From Candidatus Methanoperedens sp. (GTDB taxonomy: Archaea > Halobacteriota > Methanosarcinia > Methanosarcinales > Methanoperedenaceae), in assembly GCA_049690315.1 (NCBI GenBank), contig JBAVMS010000041.1, forward strand, positions 1 through 32,000: a stretch of DNA of 32,000 nt, in the 5' to 3' direction. A program made the position numbers and the translations under genes. Positions 8,989 through 15,727 of the stretch are shown piece by piece; within the stretch, counting starts at the first letter, position 1; the number at the start of each line of letters is the position of its first letter. The notes under the pieces were generated by a model. The model ran no database searches. It saw only the letters and a program-made list of their open reading frames with translations, and was not told where the DNA came from.

Positions 8989-9506
8989 GATGCTGCGGCG
9001 CACAGCAAGGAGGCAAAGGAAGGCATCGTGACTACGCTCGGACTTCGTCCGAGGCTTCAATTTCTTGATTCAAAAAGGGTTTGCACTTTCACTACCACTT
9101 ACCTCAAGCATATAAGCCAGTTGGTAAATTAATAAGAATATAGAGCGCGTGCGTTTGCCCGGAGGATAATCAGTGCGGCTTGTTCAGAGCCGCTTATGAC
9201 TATCGGGCTAACGCCAAGGATGACGCATAACCGGCACAAATCAATCATCGATGCTCTGGCGAAAGATGATGAAATGTTCAGAGCAGTGAAAGAAATAGCT
9301 GAAACTAAAGATGTAACCTTTGAAAATATGGAAGGATGAATGAGAAACTGACAAATCAGTAGTCAAAGCCTTCATAGGCAAGAGCATGGGAAAATGTACT
9401 GGCATTCTGGTACTGAGTCAGCTGCGAAGGTAAAATCGGTGGCTTATAACAATGTTGCAGAGTTAGCCATGAAGGGAATCGAGGAGGTAAGTAGCCATGG
9501 TAAAAG

Positions 9507-10472
9507 ATGGAGGTTAAAGGCATGAATGCAGTGAAGGATTTTCTTGAGGAACTCGAGCTATTCGGCAAATCATATAATTATATCTATGGCACAAGGTTAA
9601 CTCTTAGAGATTTTGCCAGGTCATGCAAAAGCGAAAACGGAACCGAGTTTGATGTCCCCACAGATGCTACCGAGGATGATATCAAGAAATGGATAAAGGA
9701 TATGATGGAAAGAGGTGTGGGCGAGAGGTCACGAATCAGGGGCATCGTAGTAATACAGAGATTTTTCGTATTTCTGATGGAATCGCCCAAATATAATCTA
9801 AAATATAATCCTGTGAGTAGGATAGCAAAGCAGCTTCCAAAGCCGAATACGCAGACTCGGAGACCAATAAAAAGCTTGGAAGAAATATCAATAATGCTCA
9901 GGAGTATTTTTCACGTAAGAGATAGGGTGATGGCTGTGCTCCTTGCCAAAACAGGCATACGCGCTGGAGAACTCAGTGCCCTTGATTTAGAGGATGTGGA
10001 TTTTGAGAATAGAACCCTTAGAGTGGATAAACACATTGGCAATTTTTGTAGCCTCGCAATAGCTAAAGGCAGAAAGAACAAGGTTGAAAGTATGATTCCT
10101 CTGGATGATGAAACCTTACGAGTTCTGAAAGTGTACCTTGCAATAAGGCAGCGGCGCAACACTAATGCATTGTTTATTTCGGGTCATGGAAACAGGATGC
10201 CCGTTGGAGAGGTTAGCAGGATTATAAAAAACTGGGCAGTCAAGACAGGGATGTGCAAGAACAGCAACAAGACAGAGGAGAAAATCACACCTCACTTTTT
10301 CAGAGCATGGATCACCTATCAGCTTCAAATCAATGGCTGTAACGCCATAGTCATAGATGCCATAAGAGGAGATAAAGCCTCTAACATGCGGACATTCTAT
10401 GCAAACCAAGTGCTGCCGTTTGAGGAAATAAGAAGGGAATACGAGCGAACAGTACCAAAGTTTGGAATATGA
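9507..10472 (+). CDS. tyrosine recombinase / phage-type integrase (XerC/D-like)
   Basis: The catalytic-domain pattern is present: TGIRAGELSALDLEDVDF (Arg), TPHFFRAWITYQL (H-x-x-R) and RGDKASNMRTFYA (terminal Tyr). An N-terminal SAM-like domain is also present. An alternative start lies at Met6. Confidence 0.85.
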   Translation: MEVKGMNAVKDFLEELELFGKSYNYIYGTRLTLRDFARSCKSENGTEFDVPTDATEDDIKKWIKDMMERGVGERSRIRGIVVIQRFFVFLMESPKYNLKYNPVSRIAKQLPKPNTQTRRPIKSLEEISIMLRSIFHVRDRVMAVLLAKTGIRAGELSALDLEDVDFENRTLRVDKHIGNFCSLAIAKGRKNKVESMIPLDDETLRVLKVYLAIRQRRNTNALFISGHGNRMPVGEVSRIIKNWAVKTGMCKNSNKTEEKITPHFFRAWITYQLQINGCNAIVIDAIRGDKASNMRTFYANQVLPFEEIRREYERTVPKFGI

Positions 10473-10522
10473 TTTTAAGAAGCAAGAAGCCGAAAGAAAG
10501 TTCTGCGCTCTGATACTAACAG

Positions 10523-11442
10523 CTTTCAATCCTCATTTTATAAGGATACATTCTGAAATTAACGCAATTTTTCCGCTGAAAGCGGGTGATGGGTATCTTT
10601 CAATCCTCATTTTATAAGGATACATTCTGAAATATCTATCGTCACACCAATATGCACAAAGCATATCAACTTTCAATCCTCATTTTATAAGGATACATTC
10701 TGAAATCGGCGCGAAAGCCATTTCATGCCCGGCTTTCGAACTCTTTCAATCCTCATTTTATAAGGATACATTCTGAAATTTGTACAGTCCGAAATGTCAT
10801 ATTCCTGTTTTGCCTGCTTTCAATCCTCATTTTATAAGGATACATTCTGAAATTAAAAGAACATTGTGATGTGAATTGTGAGCTTGCTGACTTTCAATCC
10901 TCATTTTATAAGGATACATTCTGAAATTTCAAAAAAAGGTATTCGCTGGTATGCACATAATACCTTTCAATCCTCATTTTATAAGGATACATTCTGAAAT
11001 TAACTCTCCTCTGAGGGGTGCCCAGCTGCCGCGGTATACTTTCAATCCTCATTTTATAAGGATACATTCTGAAATTCGGTGCCGAGTTGCTTGAACCGAT
11101 GATTACGGTATTCTTTCAATCCTCATTTTATAAGGATACATTCTGAAATAATTCAATTCACGTTTCAAACCCCAGCCGGACATCGCTTTCAATCCTCATT
11201 TTATAAGGATACATTCTGAAATAAAGAATATCAAGCCGGATTCGATGATACGATCTTCTTTCAATCCTCATTTTATAAGGATACATTCTGAAATTCAAAG
11301 AGTGGATATTTGATTTCCAGCTTATAAAAGGTCTCTTTCAATCCTCATTTTATAAGGATACATTCTGAAATTTAACTGGTCTGGATGGTAGGGCTTTGGG
11401 GTTTTCTTTCAATCCTCATTTTATAAGGATACATTCTGAAAT
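10523..11442 (-). CRISPR. CRISPR array: 13 identical 37-nt repeats and 12 spacers of 34-40 nt
   Basis: The plus-strand repeat is CTTTCAATCCTCATTTTATAAGGATACATTCTGAAAT, with starts at 10523, 10597, 10670, 10743, 10817, 10891, 10964, 11039, 11113, 11186, 11258, 11335 and 11406. On the minus strand it reads ATTTCAGAATGTATCCTTATAAAATGAGGATTGAAAG. That version ends in the canonical 8-nt tag ATTGAAAG and contains a 7-bp stem (ATCCTTA/TGAGGAT, one T.G wobble) with a TAAAA loop. The sense strand is therefore minus, matching the adjacent cas genes. Confidence 0.97.
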
Positions 11443-11554
11443 AGCCCATGAAACATGGCTTTTTTACGGTTTAAAGCTTCCTATTACCTCGAATTCCAGG
11501 CTCATTTGTGAAGGTCTAAAAGTCGTAAGGGTATTTATCAAGGTCTGCACAGAC
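11443..11554 (-). promoter_or_regulatory. putative CRISPR leader
   Basis: This is a 112-bp non-coding stretch between the cas4 stop and the first (leader-proximal) repeat in the minus-strand sense. On the minus strand there are TATA-like elements: GATAAATA at 11539-11532 and CTTTAAAC near 11470-11477. A bulged palindrome (11443-11460) directly abuts repeat 1. Confidence 0.5.
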
Positions 11555-12136
11555 TTAAGTACAGAACTTCTTCATCTCACAATAACTGCACTGTTTGCCT
11601 TTGGAAACATTCGGCATCTTTTCGCTATCTATTAGCTCCTTTATCTTCTTTACGTCCTGTTTTAGTATGGCTTTTGCCTCATCAGGTATATCGACCTGCA
11701 TTTGTTTGAGTTTTGATGGAAAGTATACGAATCCTCTTTTTACTATTGTCTTGAATCGGGAATCCAAAAGGAGGGCATAAGCCGTTAACTGCTTTTTCCA
11801 GTTTACTCTAACGCTCTCAGCATCTGTATATTTAACATCAACCGGGACTATTTCTCCACTTTTCAGTATAATCGTTGTATCCACCATGCCATATAGACCT
11901 AAATTGACATCCTCCACAGCAAGGTTATGTATAACCTGAGCCACATCCTCCTCTGAAAAACCATAGACAGTTTTTCTCTCTTTCACGCGGCGATGCTCTT
12001 TTTCATGTTCTTCTTTGCCCATATCCATCTTTGGCCTTGCCTTGATCTTAATGCCAAGTGTTTTCATAAAATACACCTTGCGAGGGCAGTAAAAATACTG
12101 AGTAATATCGCTTACCTGAAGCATGTCCTCTACCAT
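11555..12136 (-). CDS. cas4: Cas4 (RecB-like nuclease with Fe-S cluster)
   Basis: An N-terminal Cys sits in YFYCPRKVYF and a C-terminal CSYCEMKKFC is present, giving the four-Cys cluster. Nuclease motifs are GMVD, VDVKY and QLTAYALLL. The gene overlaps the cas1 stop by 7 nt. Confidence 0.9.
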   Translation of the reverse strand: MVEDMLQVSDITQYFYCPRKVYFMKTLGIKIKARPKMDMGKEEHEKEHRRVKERKTVYGFSEEDVAQVIHNLAVEDVNLGLYGMVDTTIILKSGEIVPVDVKYTDAESVRVNWKKQLTAYALLLDSRFKTIVKRGFVYFPSKLKQMQVDIPDEAKAILKQDVKKIKELIDSEKMPNVSKGKQCSYCEMKKFCT

Positions 12137-13173
12137 CGCAACCAGAACCCCTTATATGTTTTAGATTCTCCCCGCAGGAATTGAGCGACATCTCTTGCCT
12201 GATTCAGGATAAGGTCAGTCCATTTAATGTTTCTATCCTCATACCTTATATTATCCTCAAGCTTGGTCAGAAGTTCATTCAGCAATAACTTACGTGCGTC
12301 ATCAGCCATTTTACATACCCCATTCTCGATAGTGAACTCCCCTGGCTTAACCTGTCCCAGCGAAAAAATCTTAATAACTGACTTATCAACCACCTGCTGC
12401 CTGAACTCTTCCATAAGATCATAGACAAGGCTGGCTTTACCTGGTCGGTCCACATGCAGGAATCCTCCATACGGATCAAGACCGGAGTAATGGACTGCGC
12501 GCCAGCATTCGCCCTCAAGTACTCCGTAGCCGTAATTCAGCATGGCATTCACCGGGTCGGCAGCGTATCTGCCGCTTCGATCTTTGAACTCAAACTCGGC
12601 GGGAATTATTCCTAAGATCGACCGCCAGTAGGAAGCAGATGCATTGCCTTCAAAACCCATGATAGTCTCCCTGACATCGCTGCAGGTCTTGCCCTTGGTG
12701 CTCAGCCCTTCCAGTTTTTCTACCCCTACATTAACCGCGTCTCTTGCATTTTTCAAGGCCTCGGCTGATTCGGGAAATGTATCCTTTCTGGATTTGGCAA
12801 GAGTTCCCAATGTGGCGGACATGTTATGCAGCTTTGCATTGATGAACTCCTTTGCAAGTACAGCACCCGCCGGAATATCGAAGGCGCGGTACTGCTCCCG
12901 GCGCGTGTTCACCGTTCTCATCTGAGGGGGTGAAATATACGCAGTCACCTGTCCTCGCCAATCTATCAGCACTACATCAACTCCATGCTCAGCCAGAAGC
13001 TCAATGGCATCGGTGCTTATGCTACCCTTGCCTGAGATCACCACCTGGCGAAGGTCCTGGGGGATGCATCTATGGATGACGCTATTTACGCCATCCTTTT
13101 TTTCTTTTACGATTATCTGTTCATGGTCTGTGCCGATGAACTTTCCCCAGCCGTCGATAACAAGGCGATCCAT
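12130..13173 (-). CDS. cas1: Cas1 integrase
   Basis: The canonical C-terminal domain is present: NAMLNYGYGVLEGECWRAVHYSGLDPYGGFLHVDRPGKASLVYDLMEEFR. The protein is 347 aa. Confidence 0.95.
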   Translation of the reverse strand: MDRLVIDGWGKFIGTDHEQIIVKEKKDGVNSVIHRCIPQDLRQVVISGKGSISTDAIELLAEHGVDVVLIDWRGQVTAYISPPQMRTVNTRREQYRAFDIPAGAVLAKEFINAKLHNMSATLGTLAKSRKDTFPESAEALKNARDAVNVGVEKLEGLSTKGKTCSDVRETIMGFEGNASASYWRSILGIIPAEFEFKDRSGRYAADPVNAMLNYGYGVLEGECWRAVHYSGLDPYGGFLHVDRPGKASLVYDLMEEFRQQVVDKSVIKIFSLGQVKPGEFTIENGVCKMADDARKLLLNELLTKLEDNIRYEDRNIKWTDLILNQARDVAQFLRGESKTYKGFWLRW

Positions 13174-13563
13174 GTATACCTCGCGTGCATCAACAAATGA
13201 AAATGCACTGCTTTTGGTACTCTATAAATATGTATGTTATAGTATAAATATTATGAGTGAATGATGTATTTGATCTAAAGCATTCAGGGAAGATTTGCGC
13301 GGAAGGAGATAAGCGGAGTAGCATTTCCGGAAATCAGCGGGCGATTGAGGATAATTTTACGTTACGGGATTTAAGCCTTGCAAGTGTTGCGTTCAAAATA
13401 GCGGATAAAAGCCGCCATCTGAGGTTCATACGTCCACAGCTATCGCTTTTTTTCTTACCGAGACGCAGCGAAGCATAGGAGGGCGGCGTGAGTTAAGAAT
13501 GAGCGTGGTAAACAGGTTTTCATTTTGGCTGCGTGTGGTTGGGATTGCTTAGGGCTGGATGTG

Positions 13564-14379
13564 TTAGAGACGGCGCCACAGTCCTTTATCTTCAATTCGC
13601 ACGGATATTTCCTCGTTAACCTTTGTTTCAGGCGCCCAACAAATTTGTGCCGTTGAACAAAATTTTCCAAAATTTGCTGTTTTCGTATCAGTTTCCCTTC
13701 CCACTAAAGGTTCTATTATTCCATTACAATTTAAGTTATTTGCTAATGTATGAGCGAGCAGTACATTGTATTTGGGTATAATCAGAACAGGGCGATCATT
13801 TATTGATTCAGATTTAAATGTTAATTCAAAAACTTTATTAACTTTTTGTGGTTGATTACATAGTCCAACTCGACCCCAACCATATCCGCGCTCACCCCCG
13901 AACTGGAGACGATTCAATACGTCCTTCCACTTTAAATCACATCCATCCCTTTCAAAGATATAGCCTATAAGGTATACAGGCTCATCATCTCGTGTAGTAG
14001 GAGCTATGAACTCTGTTTCATGCAAACTTCCATCCTCGGCGCCCCGCCCATATTGAAGTGCTGTGCTGACATAGCTACTTAGAAATTTCCAAGAAAATTC
14101 ATCTAAGTCATCCCAAGGATAACAGATAACAGTGTCTTTTTTTGTGGAAGGATAAAAGTATGTAAAAGCCAGCTGTTCATCCACCTCTTTTCCCTTATTT
14201 TTATAATCATTTCCTCTGGCATTCTGCACAAGGGCTGCTGTCAGTGCCCCCCAAAGCGCTCTTCCAGTCACATATGGACGGGTCTGCTGAAGGCTACCTG
14301 TTTTGCGCCAGCCTATATGCATGGGCGTGAGAAGTTTGAAAGTTACAAGGTAAGGAGTCCAGCCTGCCATAAAATTCAC
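13564..14379 (-). CDS. cmr3: RAMP protein, Cas5-family subunit of the type III module (Cmr3/Csx10-like)
   Basis: The N-terminus is LLTPMHIGWRKTG ... RPYVTGRALWGALTAALV and a glycine-rich loop FGGERGYGWGRVGL is present. It is the last gene of the effector operon and overlaps cmr5 by 4 nt. The family assignment is by position and RAMP motifs only, so a Cas6-like role cannot be excluded. Confidence 0.6.
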   Translation of the reverse strand: MNFMAGWTPYLVTFKLLTPMHIGWRKTGSLQQTRPYVTGRALWGALTAALVQNARGNDYKNKGKEVDEQLAFTYFYPSTKKDTVICYPWDDLDEFSWKFLSSYVSTALQYGRGAEDGSLHETEFIAPTTRDDEPVYLIGYIFERDGCDLKWKDVLNRLQFGGERGYGWGRVGLCNQPQKVNKVFELTFKSESINDRPVLIIPKYNVLLAHTLANNLNCNGIIEPLVGRETDTKTANFGKFCSTAQICWAPETKVNEEISVRIEDKGLWRRL

Positions 14380-14768
14380 TCACGTGCCTTGGCACCATAG
14401 CGCGCATAAGTCAATGTCTGTTCCCAGAGCTGCTTCACAAATAAAAGCGTGTCAAGGTCGTTGCAAATCTCAGACGTGAGAAAAGATAGTACTGCTTGTA
14501 TTTCTACTGCTTGTATTTCAAGTTTCGATGGTGGCTTTTTTCCCATTTTTTCTGTTAGTGTTAGCAATTCTTTCCGTACTTTTACTGCCACGGCTGTATC
14601 TGCTGTACTGGTGCGAGAACAAAGAAAGAGCATACATGCATATACCCCATTTTCTTGCAATACTCCTAACGTTTTTGTAACAAGATTATCTACTTCTGAA
14701 GATTTTTGACTATAGGTATTTTTTATTATTTCCTGAGCAGATCTGGCAGATTCAAGGTCAAGATTCAT
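14376..14768 (-). CDS. cmr5: type III small subunit (Cas11, Cmr5-like)
   Basis: This is a 130-aa helical protein between the Cmr4-like and Cas5-like genes, with 4-nt overlaps on both sides. It contains an in-frame 15-bp tandem duplication (EIQAVEIQAV). Confidence 0.6.
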   Translation of the reverse strand: MNLDLESARSAQEIIKNTYSQKSSEVDNLVTKTLGVLQENGVYACMLFLCSRTSTADTAVAVKVRKELLTLTEKMGKKPPSKLEIQAVEIQAVLSFLTSEICNDLDTLLFVKQLWEQTLTYARYGAKARE

Positions 14769-15727
14769 TTCTTCTGAACCTCCCCATCATCAACTACTAT
14801 CTTCATCCGACCGAAGCCACGTGTTCCCATGCCACCGACGCCGAGAAATTCAAACAATTTGAATCCTGTTTTCACCACATCTAATGGTCTATACCATGTT
14901 TCTCCCAAAGGTTCACCATTATTTTCATTAGTTTTAAATTGATTATTGGTTGTAGGAAAACCGTTACGATAATCATTTTCCACGACATCACAAATTAGCC
15001 ATGCTGCCCTCGGTATGGCTTCATAAGTGAATAGCGCCCCATCTTCCGCCGCGCCAGTTTCCGGGTTTATCGCTACAGACGTTCTGACCTCAAGGTTGCT
15101 GTTAATAACTTGTGAAAAGAGCTTTTGAGAGACTATAACTATCCTTTTATTTATTGCATTCCATTCAGGTTTGTTACTCAATTCGGGAGGGGCTACTACT
15201 TCTAGCCCATTTTTTGCTTCAAGCAATAACCACCCAAGGTTAAGGTTTTGTTTTTTCCACTCTAATGACGTTGATATCTGCTCATCTTTCACATCGCCAT
15301 TGTTCATAGTAAAACTTGCTTCTGTCAGCATATCTTTCGTACTTACCCATACAGGTCCTGCCATAGAATGCACAGGGAAAAAGAGTATTCTGGCATCACC
15401 TATGCTTATAGTTCCTGCAAATCCCTCATTGGATTCCGATGCTGTACCAAATGTGTAGATGATTGGACATTGAGTTTTATTTCCTCTAAAATTCTTATGC
15501 TGCCCTGCTGCCTCGGGCTTGCCATAGCGCATTGCAGCATAACTTCGTGCCGCACCCATCAGACTCGTACCCGGTATTTTAGGCAGGTTGGTTCCGGGTT
15601 CTCTCACTATGGTATTGTCCACCCTACCAAGACGGTATCCTCCTGCGCCAATATGCACAGGGTCAAGTGTCATGAAGACGAAACGCTGGTGCGTATATAA
15701 TTTATTTCCTCCTGCTTCTTTGCTCAT
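14765..15727 (-). CDS. cmr4: Cas7-family backbone subunit (Cmr4-like)
   Basis: Motifs are TLDPVHIGAGGYRLGRVDNTIVREPGTNLPKIPGTSLMGAAR (the Asp in VDNTIVRE corresponds to the Cmr4 target-RNA cleavage Asp) and a C-terminal G-rich loop LGVGGMGTRGFG. Confidence 0.8.
   Translation of the reverse strand: MSKEAGGNKLYTHQRFVFMTLDPVHIGAGGYRLGRVDNTIVREPGTNLPKIPGTSLMGAARSYAAMRYGKPEAAGQHKNFRGNKTQCPIIYTFGTASESNEGFAGTISIGDARILFFPVHSMAGPVWVSTKDMLTEASFTMNNGDVKDEQISTSLEWKKQNLNLGWLLLEAKNGLEVVAPPELSNKPEWNAINKRIVIVSQKLFSQVINSNLEVRTSVAINPETGAAEDGALFTYEAIPRAAWLICDVVENDYRNGFPTTNNQFKTNENNGEPLGETWYRPLDVVKTGFKLFEFLGVGGMGTRGFGRMKIVVDDGEVQKK

Noticed and set aside
8990-9200. A possible tRNA gene as the integrase target, including the hairpin GCGGCT-TGTTCAG-AGCCGC at 9175-9193 and CTCGGAC-TTC-GTCCGAG at about 9047-9063.
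   Set aside because: No cloverleaf could be built. The 7-nt loop lacks the U33 or T-loop (TTCRANY) signatures, and there is no acceptor stem. A tRNA scanner should still be run.
9196-9339. A 47-codon ORF (MTIGLTPRMTHNRHKSIIDALAKDDEMFRAVKEIAETKDVTFENMEG) upstream of the integrase, considered as a possible excisionase or small regulator.
   Set aside because: It has no recognisable HTH or RHH pattern and no clear ribosome site, and it is too short to support by itself.
10707-10742. Spacer 3 contains an 8-bp internal inverted repeat (CGAAAGCC ... GGCTTTCG). Spacer 1 contains CCGCT-GAAA-AGCGG.
   Set aside because: These most likely reflect hairpins (for example terminators) in the invader DNA from which the spacers were taken. 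No function is implied within the array.
10560-11405. Self-targeting by any of the 12 regular spacers against this window (primase region, AbiE, tnpB).
   Set aside because: By-eye scanning found no match, but this is not exhaustive. A BLASTN-short of all spacers against the genome and viromes is needed.
11555-13173. The idea of a casposon or Cas1-based mobile element, because Cas1 lies near the integrase and TnpB.
   Set aside because: Cas1 is in a standard cas1-cas4-leader-array context. There is no family B polymerase and no terminal inverted repeats, and the integrase and TnpB are separated from it by the array.
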